Assembly: GCF_006345805.1 (NCBI RefSeq)
Contig: NC_043014.1
Location: 14,570,001-14,634,000, forward strand
Origin: Octopus sinensis
Lineage: Eukaryota
Reading direction: 5' to 3'
Length of the DNA stretch: 64,000 nucleotides
The position numbers and the translations under genes are program-made. This document shows, piece by piece, positions 12,801-26,316 of this stretch. Every line of letters begins with the position of its first letter. The stretch's first letter is position 1. The notes under the pieces were generated by a model. That model saw only the letters and a list, made by a program, of their open reading frames with translations, was not told the DNA's origin and made no database searches.

Positions 12801-14060
12801 CAGTTGTCATTGCACCAATGGAAACTCTAGCTCTGGGTTCAGATCCACTGCATGTCACCTTGGGCAAGTATCTTCTAATTTAGCCTTAGGCCAACCAAAG
12901 CCTTGTGAGTGGATTTGGTAGATGGAAACTGAAAGAAGCCTGTCATATATATATATATATATATATGTATGTTTGCCTGTTTTTCCCTCTACCATTACTT
13001 AACAACCAATCTTGGTGTGTTTACGTACCTGTAGCTTAGCAGTTTGGCAAAAGAGACCGATAGAATAAGTACTAGGCTTACAAAGAATAAGTCCAGGGAT
13101 CGATTTCTTCAACTAAAAGGTGGTGTACCAGCATGGCCACAGTCAAAATGACTGAAACAAGTAAAAGATTATGGATGTGTGGTAAGAAGTTAGCTTCCCA
13201 ACTACATGGTTCCGGGTTCAGTCTCACTGTGTGGCACCTTCGGCAAGAACCTTCTAATACAGCCTCAGGCCAACCAAAACATGTGAGTGGATTTGGTAGA
13301 CGGAAACTGAAAGAAGCCTGCGGTGTGTGTGTGTGCATGTATTTGTGTTGGTGTTTGTCCCCCACTGCCATTTGACAGCCAGTGATGGTTTGTTTATGTC
13401 TCTGTAACTAAGTGTTTGGCAAAAGAGACCATGTTTAAATGATAAGGAGAAGGGTTGACTTGTTCAACTAAAACATTTCTTCAAGGCAGTGCCCCAGCAT
13501 GGCCACAGGCAAATGACCGAAGCAATTAAAAAGAAAAGAAGATATGTGTGTGTGTGTGTGTGTGTGTGTTCATAATTGTGTTCTTTTTAAAAAAAAATCC
13601 CTATAATCTTAATCTTCTACTCATCTGTTATCTTAAATAACTGACCAATTTTTAATCTTGTTTCACCAACACCTGCTGGCATATATATGACTTATTCCAC
13701 CAAACTGCCAGACAATCCTAAAAATCTGCCTACTGATAGAATGGACAGTTTTGACATATTCCAATGATATATATGGCATAATCATCATCATCATCATCAC
13801 CATTTTAGAATCAGTCTGGACATCTTAAACAGACACTTTCCATCAAATTCCATATCTAGTTCATTTGCTTTTAATTTCTTCATGAGGTGTATGCATGGCT
13901 ATGTGGTTAAGAAGCTTGCTGGTTTCAGGTTCAGTCCCACTGTGTGGTACCTTGCACAAAAATGTCTTCTATTATAACTCCAGACCAACATATGTCTTGT
14001 GAGTGAATTTGGTAGACAGAAACTGTGTGGAAAAGTGTCATGTGTGTGTGTGTGTGTGTA

Positions 14061-14700
14061 TCCAAAGAGCATTTGAGGCACATAATACTTCATGAGTACA
14101 AAAAAGGAAACTCTGTAGCCGAAGCGACTCGAAACATACACTCAGTTTATGGGAAACGATGCTTGAATGAAAGAACTTGCAGAAGATGCTTTGCAAAATT
14201 CAGGAGTGGAGATTTCAGCCTTGAAGATGAAGATCGAACAGAACGTCCAGCTGAGTTTGATAAGCTCCTTGAGGCATTACTTGACGAAAATTCTGCATTA
14301 TCAGTTGAAGAATTGGCAATAAAGCTTAGTTCAAACCATACATCTATTCATCGTCATCTTCAACAACTTGGAAACATTCCTAAACTTGGAAAATGGGTGC
14401 CTCGTGAATTGTCCGAAAGCAACCGCAAATCCCAAGTTGACATCTGCTCTTCTCTCCATTCTCGCGAACTCATTTCACCCTTTTTGGATGGACTTGTGAC
14501 TGGTGATGAAAATTGTATCTTCTATTGAAATGTTAAACAGGTGCAGGAGTGGCTGTGGGGTAAATAGCTTGCTTCTCAACCATATGGTTCTGGGTTCAGT
14601 CCCGCTGCGTGGCACCTTGGGCAAGTGTCTTCTACTATAGCCTTGGGCCGACCAAAGCCTTGTGAGTGAATTTGGTTGACGGAAACTGAAAGAAGCCCGT

Positions 14701-14765
<65 letters not shown>

Positions 14766-15618
14766 TGTGTGTGTGTGTATGTATGTGTGTGTATATGTTT
14801 GTGTGTCTGTATTTTTACCCTCAACATCACTTGACAATTGATGCTGGTGTATTTATGTCCCCGTAATTTAGCAGTTCGGCAAAAGAGACCGATAGAATAA
14901 GTACTAGGTTTACAAAGAATAAATCCTAGGGTCGATTAGTTCGACTAAAGGTGGTGCTCCAGCATGGCCACAGTCAGATGACTAAAACAAGTAATAGAGT
15001 AAAAGAGGCATAAACGGCTTGGTAAAAGGGAAAAAGCTCAACCACAACTAAGAAGGGAACTTCATAGGAAAAAGGTTCTTCTCTCTATCTGGTGGGATTG
15101 CAAAGGAGTAATTCACTTTGAGTTGTTACCATCTAATGCAGCAATCAATGCTCAAGTCTACTGTCAGCAATTAGAGCATTTGAACCAAGCTTTGAAGGAA
15201 AAAAGAGTTGCTTTAGTGAATCGAAAAGGAGTGATGTTTCTTCAGGACAATGCATGATCCCACACTGCAAAGATCACATCACTGAAGATCGAAGAGCTTG
15301 GTTGGGAAAAATTTCCTCATCCACTTATTCTCCCGACCTTGCTCCTTCAGATTACCATTTGTTTCATAGTTTACAGAATCATTTGGGGGACATAACTTTC
15401 GCAAGCCAGGAGGAGGCCAAAACTGACATTTCAGAGTTCTTCGCTTTGAAACCAAATGAGTTTTACATTGATGGGCTTAAAAAACTTGTATATAGATGGA
15501 AGGAAGTCATAGATAATGAGGGAAAGTACATTGATGATTAAATTTCAATTAAATATAACATCTGATCACTTGTTTTCTTTATTCAAAATTCGGACAGAAC
15601 TTATGGGATGACCTGATA
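14061..15618 (+). mobile_element. Defective mariner (D,D34D) transposon interrupted by a SINE
   Basis: HTH region HLRH...ERTCRRCFAKFRSGD, then WVPREL, TGDE, IWWD, QDNA, YSPDLAPSDY. Contains stops and a frameshift. Right TIR cggacagaacttatgggatgacctga plus TA at 15591-15618. SINE inserted at 14538-15007; left end missing. Confidence 0.92.
14538..15007 (+). mobile_element. CORE-like SINE inserted into mariner transposase
   Basis: Full family structure; the transposase frame resumes after 15007. Confidence 0.85.
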
Positions 15619-16467
15619 TATATAAATATATATGCATATGTATGTGCATGTATGCACACATGTTTATTTGTGTTTGTTCCTATCACTTGACAACTGGTGT
15701 TGGTTTATTTACATCTCTATAACTTAGTAAATTCAGCAAAAGAGACTGACAGAATAAGCACCACAGTTCCCCACCCCATAAAAAAAAAAACAGAAAGAAG
15801 TACTGTGGTTGATTTGTTTGACTAAAACCCTATGAAGCAGCACTCCAGCATGGCCACAGTTCAATGACTGAAACAAATAAAAACAAGATCAGAGATACTC
15901 AATAAGAGCTAACCGAGGGCTAAACAGCCCACCACGACCACCACCATCCCTGACTGAGAAATTCTTAACATACTGTTTGATATTTTCTTCTCTGTGTTAT
16001 ATTTTCTATTACTCTGTGCCACAATATCTAGCTACTTTCATATGTAATGCTTCATATAATCAACTGGTTGAGATGTGAGCACAGTCAATGCTTCATATAC
16101 TTGACACACACACACACACCATTCTGGATACTGAGATAATTATTAATCCTATTTGCTGCTTCCTCTTCCTTCTACTCCAGCAGCAGCAGCAGGTAGTGAG
16201 GCTAAGATTAATACACGCTAGTGGTAACATATCTAATATAACATAGCACATACAAAGAAAAAAAATTACCTAATATAATATACATGAAGAGGAGGAAAAA
16301 TGATAGTATTTAACTAGAATAATTTTTCAATCTTCTGGCAACTATGGGAGATAAATCTGAGCATGTTTCAAGTCATATTTTCACCTCATCAGCAAAGCAT
16401 ATATTTTTGCTTTCGTTGCTGAATTAGCAAAGAATGAATCACTAATTAAATGATTAAGTGTAAAGAT

Positions 16468-16701
16468 TAAGGCGGCGAGCTGGCAGAAACGTTAGCACAC
16501 CGGGCGAAATGCTTAGCCGTATTGCGTCTGTCGTTGCGTTCTGAGTTCAAATTACACCGAGGTTGACTTTGCCTTTCATCCTTTCGGGGTCGATAAATTA
16601 AGTACCAGTTATGCACTGGGGTCGATGTAACCGACTTAATCCGTTTGTCTGTCCTTGTTTGTCCCCTCTATGTTTAGCCCCTTGTGGGCAATAAAGAAAC
16701 A
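16468..16701 (+). mobile_element. tRNA-derived Meta-domain-like SINE, full length with 16-bp TSD
   Basis: ggcggcgagctggcag head, gcctttcatcctttcggggtcgataaattaagtacc central domain, TSD gattaagtgtaaagat at 16452-16467 and 16702-16717. Many other copies, e.g. about 1000, 22600, 36010, 52137, 58708. Confidence 0.85.
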
Positions 16702-17320
16702 GATTAAGTGTAAAGATATGTTGAGCAGGACAGGGAAAAAATACAATTGTTTAGAAGTTAAGGAATTTAGAGATGACATCTGCATGGAAAGTAATGCAGC
16801 ATTAATCAAAGTAACTGTAAATATGCATCGAAGGAAAAAAATTCAAACAACACAGACAGCTTGCTTTGCAACCATGCTGTTTGGGGCTCTGTGCCACTGC
16901 TCTTCACCTTGGGTAAGTAGCTGCCACTATTGTCGTGGGCTGTCCAAAGCACTGTGAGTGAATTTGGTAGACTAAAACTGTGTGGAAGCTCATCATGTAT
17001 AAATATATATATATTTTTTTTTTTCGTGACCGACCAGGCAATCAGATGTTGCTACACATTGCTGGTCACAATGCACTTCGCATTGTTTTAGCTTTCAAAT
17101 GACACCACCCCGCTGGCTAAGCGGGAAGGCCAACAGAAGAAAGAGTGAGAGAAAGTTGTGGCGGAAGCATACAGCAGGGGTCACCACCACCCCCTGCCGG
17201 AGCCTTGTGGAGGTTTAGGTGTTTTCGCTCAATAAACACTCACAATGCCCGGTCTGGGAATCAAAACCGCGATCCTACGACCGTGAGTCCGCTGCCCTAA
17301 CCACTGGGCCATTGCGCCTC

Positions 17321-17372
<52 letters not shown>

Positions 17373-19509
17373 TATTAGATGGTACATGAAGCACCAACTT
17401 GCTAGAAAGTTGAAGTAACCCCCACCCCCAACTAATATAATTATGAGCTTATTGTTTCCCATGCTTGAGAAGAAAACCCATCAAGCTGAGCAAAATCACT
17501 GTGGTGACAGATACCGGTGTCACATAAATTGGCACCCGTGCCAGTGGCAAGTAAATGTACTCTGATGTCACGCAAATGGCACACATGCTGGTGGTACATA
17601 AAAGCATCCATTACACTCATGGAGTGGCTGGCATTAGGAAGGGCATCCAGCTGTAGAAAACCATGCCAAACCAGAGTGGAGTCTGGTGCAGCCTTCCAGC
17701 ATGCTAGCCCAGTCAAACCAGAGAAACCATGCCAAAGCAGATGAAAGAATTTGCTGCAGACCTCTCGCTTGCCAGCTCCTGTCAAACTGCCAAACCCATG
17801 CTAGCATGATAATTGAACATCAAGAGATAATGATGAAGATGATGATAATTAATACACACACACACTACCTGTGCTAGTGGCACATAAAAAGCACCATCCA
17901 AACATGGCCGATGCCAGTGTCACCCTGATTGGCTTCTGTGCCGGTGGCACGTAAAACGTATCAACTGATCGTGGCCTTTGCCAGCCTCCCCCGGCATCTG
18001 TGCCAGTGGCATGTAAAAAGCACCCACTACACTCACAGAATGGTTGGCGTTAGGAAGGGCATCCGGCTGTAGAAACTCTGCCAGATCAGACTGGAGCCTG
18101 ATGCAGCCTCCTAGCTTTCCAGACCCCGGTCGAACTGTCCAACCCATGCTAGCATGGAGAACGGATGTTAAACGATGATAACACTGTAGTAGAGCAAATA
18201 AAAAAAACAATAGAATAAGAACCAGTTTTGAAAAAAAAAATAAAACAAAACAAAAAACAAGTACTGGGGTCAATTTGTTTGACTAAAACCCTTCAAGGCA
18301 CTGCTCCAGCATGACCAGAGGTCAATGACTAAGAATAATTAAAAGACAAAGGTCAATCATATTATTTCTATTCTAACAGCAAGTATGGGAGATAACTCTG
18401 ACAGGCAGTGATGAACTGCTCACTAAGTCTGCTTACAGAGTAAGAACGTTTGTTGGTTTCGTCAATAGAATTATTGGAAGATTAAATAATACAAGACACA
18501 ATGAATGGAAAAAAATATATCTAAAAGAGAAATTGACAACTGTTCTTGTAATATGTATATTTACGCTGTCTAGATTTTTTCCTTGCTCAATTGGTTTATT
18601 AATATAATTACACTGCGAGAGAAAGTGAGAGATAAAGAGGGAGAGAGAGAAGGGAGGGAGATAGAATGAGAGGTGAAATGACTGAGAAAATGGAAAGAGG
18701 GGAATATGCAGAGAGGACGAGAAGTGGTATGAGGCAGAAATTGGAGAAGGGAAATAAGGAGAGCAAGAAAACAACCAGATTGGAAGAATGAATGAGAGAG
18801 AGACTGCTTCTTTGTTTTTTTCTCTAAAATAACATTATTTTCTCATTAAAATATATTTGGTTGTCTAAATCATAAAGAGGTTTTATTTGGATGAATTTCA
18901 TTCTCATTCAAATACCGCTTTTTAGCTTTGGCACAAAGCCAGTAACTTTGAAGGGATGAAGGCAAATCAATTACATTGAACCCAATACATGACTGGTACA
19001 TTATTTAATCAACCCTGAAAGGTCAAAAGGCAAAACTGACTTTGGCAAGATTTGAACCCAAGACATGAAGAGCTGGAAGAAACAAGCAAAGAATTCTGTC
19101 TGAAGAGCTAACGATTCTGCCAGCATGCTACCTTATTATTATTATTATTATTAATGATGCTGCTGCTGCTGCTGATGATTATAATAATAATAATAATAAC
19201 AGTCAAGATGAAGAGCGAGTTTGATTGTAAGATATTTTATTAGTTGAGTGATGTTTCAACAGTATGTCTGTCTTTGTCAAGTTCAAAATAAGAAGTGATA
19301 AAAATACGAAATTATAGAAATTTAAACATAAAGTATGAACGAGAGCAACCAGTGTCCACACATTGATGGAATGACATCATCAGTTTTTAAGTTACAATTT
19401 TATAACAGGCGAAAAGAAAAAGACAGAAAAAAGAAGACGATAGAAAAAAAAAAGGAAAGAAAAAGAGAGAAAGAAGAATATTTAATCAAATAGTTTTGTA
19501 TAAATTTGA

Positions 19510-19970
19510 TGATATTCTCCTATCATCTTATTCAATCCTCCAGGAGTGATGCTAATAACCCACAAACATATTTCTCCTCACACATTCTGAGAAGTGAAAG
19601 TGAAGCAGATTCAGAATATTTTCTGAGAATATGCACTTTCAAGTCTTCTTCAAAATTGCAGCCGCTTGAAACGAAATGTTCAAGTTCTGTCGAACTACTG
19701 TTATTGTGCCTGACGCCGAATCTGTACCCATTAAACCTTTTGTTTAATTGTTCTCTTGCATAACCAACATAAATTAAGTTGTGTTTTGTGCATTCTGCAG
19801 CATACACCAAATGGGAATCTTTACATGTTCCACCTTCTGTATAAATCAAAACATTTCTGTTATGATTTCTGATGGAATTCACTTCACTCATGTTGTTGCA
19901 CAAAGAACAGGGCTTACCTCTCTTGTGGCTGTTCGTTAAGGTACATTGTGCAGATACTCCAATGTTTGTT
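19510..19970 (-). mobile_element. Penelope-like retroelement fragment, GIY-YIG endonuclease
   Basis: Translates as PCSLC...TCKDSHLVYAAECTKHNLIYVGYAREQLNKRFNGY, which has the spacing of the VY...YVG...R motif of PLE GIY-YIG domains. Confidence 0.8.
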
Positions 19971-20009
19971 TTTTTGGAGTCAGATATTACTTATTTTTTT
20001 ATATGTACT

Positions 20010-20561
20010 TTGCTTCTAGCCCTGTTTTTTCTTGTGCATGTGCATATATTGACATGTGTATGAACTTTTTTGTGCACGTGTGTGTGTGTCTGCGGGCATG
20101 TATGTCGGCATGTATACATTTTTTAGCAAATGTGTGGATGAGCATGTGTGTGTTTCAAATGAGGGTTGATGAGTATATACTTATAAGCACATGCACATGG
20201 GTGTGCGGGTACGTATGTGAAGGTATGGGCATGCATGCTTACGCGAATACTATAAACATTTTCGCTCCCTTACCATTACTCCCTCCCCTCACTTAGCGGT
20301 CATTTTAAATAGCTCTTTTGTCTTAATAATGGTCAATCACACAGTAATTTCCCTTTGTTTAGCGGTCATTTTTCATAGCATTTTTTCCGATGGCCGGATA
20401 ACTGAAGAGATGGCGGCGTGGGTTTCTGTCCTGACATCCGAAACTCGAAATTTTATCATGGCTACCGAATAATTGGCACATATTATACTTACAGATAAAT
20501 ACTTCTATTTACATAATATCAAGGTCTCTTTCATTCTTTTGTTGTCTTACCATTTCTATCA

Positions 20562-20562
<1 letters not shown>
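20010..20562 (+). mobile_element. Penelope-like terminal repeat / retrozyme-like unit, homologous to 5325-5860
   Basis: Same family as 5325-5860; lies immediately beside the minus-strand GIY-YIG fragment. Confidence 0.6.
20397..20457 (+). ncRNA. Hammerhead motif in Penelope-like terminal repeat (copy 2)
   Basis: GATAA-CTGAAGA-gatg...catcc-GAAA-ctcgaaa-TT-TTATC. Stem III is mutated relative to copy 1. Confidence 0.55.
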
Positions 20563-20633
<71 letters not shown>

Positions 20634-21264
20634 AATATATATATACACATACATACATATATAGACAGACAGACAGACAGATAGATAGATAGATACCTAT
20701 ATATTTATATATATATGTATATATATATAGGGTATGGTGTTACTTTTATAATGTTTCAAAACTCATTAACTCTTCTCAATGCCAGATAAAACAATTCTCC
20801 TCTTTCCCGCATCCTTCTTAATAACCACAGACTTATTGAATAAACCATTTCTTTCACATCTTTCAATATATTCTAATCTATTTAATAACTTTTTTCCTTC
20901 AATATTCTCAACTCTTCTTGAAGCCATATAATCTATAACCTAGGTTGATTAGCTTGCCATTCCATTCGTCTTCTCCTCAATTTAGAATTACACTCTTTCT
21001 TTACAAATCATAACGATTATCATTGATGTTATCGTTGCAGCAAATTAGCTCAAGATTAACCATGATTAACCATGACATATGACCAAAGGCATTCCAACCA
21101 TAATCGTCCTGTCTTTAGGTAGCCTCTTCTTTTAAGACAAGCAGGATCTTAACATTTTTGATTTGCGGGATATCAAGTTGCTCTTTCTATCAGGTTGATT
21201 AACCACAGCGACTTCCTTTGATGTTTCTCCTATTAAAATTATTAAAGTGGTGGGAAGTTGTAAA

Positions 21265-21660
21265 TAAGGGAAAACCAGGAAGACAAGGGAGAAATTACTG
21301 AATGATAATCTCAAAGCATTGGACCTTATGAAGGAAATGATGGAGGACTGGGTTATGTGGTGCATTGCTGTACTTGAGGAGACCTGCCCACCACAACAGA
21401 ATCGAGATCCTAAAACCAAGGTGCCACATTAAAACATTGGTGTAGGTGCTGGTGCCACATAAAATGCACTGGTGCTAGTGTCATGTAAAAAGCACCCGCT
21501 ATAGTCTGTGGAATGGCTGGCATTAGGAAGGGCATCGAACCGTAGAAACCAAGTCAAAAATGACTATGGAACCTGGTGTGGACCCTGGCTTTGCGGGTTC
21601 CTGTCAAGCTGTCCAGCCACGGAAAATTGATATTAGATGTTGATGATGATGATCATCATC
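21265..21660 (+). mobile_element. RTE LINE 3' end
   Basis: Coding end GKP.KT.EKLLNDNLK... followed by the gcattaggaagggcatc UTR and a (GAT)n tail. This links the abundant tail family to RTE. Confidence 0.7.
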
Positions 21661-22479
21661 ATTATTATTCCCTCAAAACTGGCACTCTGTCAGTTATAAT
21701 GATCCGATCAACTGAACAGCCAGCTCGTTAAGTTAATGTGCATGTAGCTGAACACTCCACAGACACATGTACCCTTAATGTGGTTCTCATGGAGATTCAG
21801 CATGACACAGAATGTGACAAGGCTGGCCCTTTGAATTACAGGTACTACTCAATTTTACCAACTGAGGGGACTGGAGCAATGTGAAATAAAGTGTCTTGCT
21901 CAAGAGTACAATGTGTTGCTAGGAATTGAACTCACGACTTTATGATGATAAGCTGAATACCCTAACCACTAAGCCATACGATACCATTCCCTTAAAACTA
22001 TTACATGCTTTATTAGTTAACAGGGACGTTGTCTTGATGCTTGGTTACAAGTCTCCACAAATCTCAAGAACCTTTCTAAAAGATGCAGGAGTGGCTGTGT
22101 GGTAAGTAGGCGCAGGAATGGTCGAGTGATAAGTAGCTTGCTTACCAACCACATGGTTCTGGGTTCAGTCCCACTGCATGGCACCTTGGGCAAGTGTCTT
22201 CTACTATAGCCTCGGGCCGACCAAAGCCTCGTGAGTGGATTTAGTAGATAGAAACTGAAAGAAGCTCGTCATGTATATGTATATATATATATGTATGTGT
22301 GTGTTTATGTGTTTGTGTTTGTTCTCCCAACATCGCTTGACAACCGATGGTGGTGTGTTTACGTCCTCGTAATTTAGCGGTTCAGCAAAAGAGACCGATA
22401 GAATAAGTACTATGCTTCCAAAGAATAAGTCCTGCGGACGATTTGCTCGACTAAAGGCGGTGCTCCAGCATGGTCACTG

Positions 22480-22900
22480 AAGACTTTTCTACAAGTCAGT
22501 AATGCAAGTAATGCAATTCCAATATCGTTCAGCCTTTTAGGTAGCAGTTTTGGTATTGTGCCGAGTGAACCAATTACTACAAGAATAATTGTCATCTTAT
22601 TTCTTTATTGCCTACAAGGGGCTAAATATAGAGGGGAGAAACAAGGACAGAGAAAGGGACTAAGTCGATTACATCAACCCCAGTGCGTAACTGGTACTTA
22701 ATTTATTGACCCCGAAAGGATGAAAGGCAAAGTTGACGTCGGTGGAATTTGAACTCAGAACGTAACGGCAGACGAAATACCTCTAAGCATTTCGCCTGGC
22801 ATGCTAACGCTTCTGCCAGCTCACCTTGTCATCTTAGTCTTCCACAATCGCTTCATCTCTCTGGATAGATCATGATGGTTCTTTGGTACTTTGGCATCCA
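22480..22900 (-). mobile_element. R4/Dong-type LINE fragment interrupted by a SINE with 11-bp TSD
   Basis: Removing the SINE at 22600-22825 (TSD ttgtcatctta at 22589-22599 and 22826-22836) restores DLSREMKRLWKTKMTIILVVIGSLGTIPK. Confidence 0.7.
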
Positions 22901-23577
22901 CTCTATTTATAATAATAATAATTCTTTCTACAACAGGTACATGGTCTGGAATCATAGATGACAGTCGATCACATTGGTGTCCTTTGTTCCTAATCTTTCA
23001 TGAAAATGTATCTGATTATAGGGAAATATTTACTTGGAATCAGGTAAAGGTTGGTGACAGGAAAGGCATCTGGCTGTAGAAAATCTGCCTCAACAGAATT
23101 TTACCTGACACAGGTGAGCATGAAAAAGTGGATTTAAAAAGGGTGATGTTGATGATGATGATGATAATAATAATAATAAACGCCACCCTTTTCAAGCCTA
23201 GCCAGGCTCATGGGCCCGGTTTCCCGGTTTCTGTGGCGTATGTGTTCCTCCCAACTGGACGGGATGCCAGTCCATCACAGCGTTACTCAAGAAACAGGAA
23301 GAGAAAGTGAGAGAAAGTTGTGGCGAAAGAGTACAAGAGGGGTCACCACCACCCTCCGCTGGAGCCTCGTGGAGCTTTTAGGTGTTTTTGCTCAATAAAC
23401 ACACACAAAGCCCGGTCTGGTGATCGAAACCGCGATCCTCCGACCATGAGTCCGCTGCCCTAACCACTGGGCCGATGATAATAATAATTTACAAAAAATT
23501 TTAAATTACAAAATGACAAACAAAAAAAATCATATACACTAGTGTAGTAATTACAATTCGTAGCTGAAATTACTGAC

Positions 23578-23824
23578 CTGTCTCAGGAAAGCAATTAACT
23601 GGCAAGTTTGCCATTTGTCATGTCGTGGGAGGTTGATACCCTTCAGGTACAAGATGAGCCGCTCGCCTTCTTTAGGCCTGTATCTCCGTCCGGTATTGGT
23701 GCTAACAATTAGACACATCTGATCGAGCTTCTGCAAAATGTGCAAAGGTGTGGTTTGTGCATTGCAGTGCACTGTTGCAACACTGACTGATCGCAGCTGC
23801 TCAAAGCAATGGTGTAGTAACAGA
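23578..23824 (-). CDS. DYNC2H1: Dynein-2 heavy chain exon (AAA3)
   Basis: 247 nt, cag/gtcagt, phase 2 to 0. Encodes LLLHHCFEQLRSVSVATVHCNAQTTPLHILQKLDQMCLIVSTNTGRRYRPKEGERLILYLKGINLPRHDKWQTCQLIAFLRQ. Confidence 0.96.
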
Positions 23825-26155
23825 CTGCAAAAGAGGAACAGGTAAGAAAATAAAGATAACAACAGAAAAAGAAAAGCAATAATGAAGTGCATAGATATTG
23901 TATTAACATTTGAAAGAAGAGTTAATGCAATATTAAACAAATTTTAGATCAGTTCAAACATATCTGGGACACATTTGAATCTGTAAAGGTTTTTCACTGT
24001 GGTTTGCCATACTCTTTTACTCTTTTACTTGTTTCAATCATTTGACTGTGGCCATGCTGGAGCATTGCCTTTAGTCGAGCAAATCGACCCCAGGACTTAT
24101 TCTTTGTAAGCCTAGTACTTATTTTATTGGTTTCTTTACCGAACCGCTAAGTTACGGGGACGTAAACACAGCAGCATTGGTTGTCAAGCGATGTTGAAGG
24201 TACAAACACAGACACACAAACATATACATACACACATATATATATATATATATGCATATATACAATGGGCTTCTTTCAGTTTCCGTCTACCAAATCCACT
24301 CATATGGCTTTGGTCAGACCGAGGCTATAGTAGAAGACACTTGCCCAAGGTGCCACGCGGTGGGACTGAACCTGGAACCATGTGGTTGGTAAGTAAGCTA
24401 CTTACCACACAGCCAGAAAGAAAATTCTTATTTATTGCATATGGCAGTATGCATAAAAAGCCATAGGCTCATTGAAATATCACTGAAGAATTGGTATCCA
24501 TGTAGAATTTCAAGAACATGTTGAAGGAGATTAAATGTCAAAGTGATACGTGTTGCCGTTTTCTTTTTATAGCACCACTACCAATACTTTTTGATCAGAT
24601 CTCAGAGACCCAAAAATCTTACATTTCTTAGGCAGAGTACAGTCAATTCGATTAACTAGAGGACATAATTATTATTTCTTTTTTTACTTTAGCCCAAGCA
24701 TTCATAATGTTGGTTACCCATTTTCTGAGGTATATAAGCAACTGAAATTACAATATTCCTCTGAACAGGATGCTGATCCATTGCAGAGTCTAAGGGCAGC
24801 AATCTTAAGGAAAGGGAACAAGTTGATTACAAAAACCCCAGTACATGACAGATATTTTAATTTTATCGTCTCCAGACTGGACGACTAAAAACCTACATAC
24901 TATCTTTAGTAGAAATGATCATTATTATTACCATTAATTAGGCAACAAGCTGGCAGAATCATTAGCATGCCGGGCAAAATGCTTAGCAATGTTTTATCTG
25001 TCACTATGTTCTGAGTTCAAATTCCACCAAAGGCAGCTTTGCCCTTTGTCCTTCTGGGGTTGATAAAATAGATACCAGTTGAACACTGGGGTTGATTTGG
25101 ATTCCAAGCAGTTCAAATCCAGATGTTCATCTCTTTGTTGGAAACAACGTTTAGGGAAAGTAGCTTAGCTTAGTGCATGTGGTAGGTGCGTGAATACATA
25201 TGAGAGAGAGAGAGAATATTTGTGTGCATATACATGAGTGTGTTATCACAAAATGGGCAGCAATCTTAAGGAAAGGGAGCAAGTTGATTACATAAACACA
25301 GTACATGACAGATATTTTAATTTTATTGTCTCCAGAGGGATGAAAGGCAAAATTAACCTTCTTGAGATTTGAACTTAAAATGTAAAGAGCTAAAAGAAAT
25401 ACCTCTAAGCATTTAGTCTGATGTGCTATTCAGATCAGTGGTGTTAGGGGGACAAACACAAACACACACACAAACACACATATATATATATATACATATA
25501 TATGATGGGCTTCTTTCAGTCTCCGTCTACCAAATCCACTCGCAAGGCTTTGGTTGGCCTGAGGCTGTAGTAGAAGACACTTACCCAAGGTGCCACGCAG
25601 TGGGACTGAATCTGGAACCATGTGGTTGGTAAGCAAGCTACTTACCGCACGGCCACTCCTGCATCTACTTACTACACAGCCACTCCTGCATCTTTTAGAA
25701 AGGTTCTTGAGATTTGAGGAGACTTGTTGTAACCAAGCATCAAGACAACATCCCTGCTAACTAATAAAGCACATAATAGTTTTAAGGGAGTGGAGGCATA
25801 TCAAGGTCCATATGGCCCTTAGTGGTGGTCCATATAAGATTATGTTGTGACAATTTATGTGCAAGAAATTGGTTATTTTTCTATATAATACACAAAATAT
25901 TTTAACAATTTATACAATTACTAACAATATTTAATTATAAAAATATAACAGGATTTTTTAAACATCAAATGGCTATGAGGATTCACCTTAGTAAAACAGG
26001 AATTGAAGGGTGTCTACAGGCGGAAAATGGTTGAGAGCCACTGATTTAGATAAAACCTCCTTACCACAGTATCCTGTTTCAAAAACCCTATTTCAGTACA
26101 CTTCCATTTTACCATAGATCTCTGGTTCGACAGACCCCTTGTTAGATAATCTTAC

Positions 26156-26316
26156 CTTTTACCACAACCCTCTGGTCCAACAAGGATAAATGGTTGGTAG
26201 TGTTTGTCCTGAAGCCACAATGAGAAATAATCGAGGTTTCTTTGCACATGGACTGTCTTGATTATGGGCAGTTGTGAGCCTTGTTCCAAGCTGTTCAAAT
26301 CCAGATGTTCATCTCT
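26156..26316 (-). CDS. DYNC2H1: Dynein-2 heavy chain exon (AAA3 Walker A)
   Basis: 161 nt, cag/gtaaga, phase 0 to 2. Encodes RDEHLDLNSLEQGSQLPIIKTVHVQRNLDYFSLWLQDKHYQPFILVGPEGCGK(S). Confidence 0.95.

Noticed and set aside
19250-19300. Hammerhead-like motif TTGACAA...GAAAC on the minus strand
   Set aside because: Stems I and III do not pair; at best a decayed remnant near the GIY-YIG fragment.
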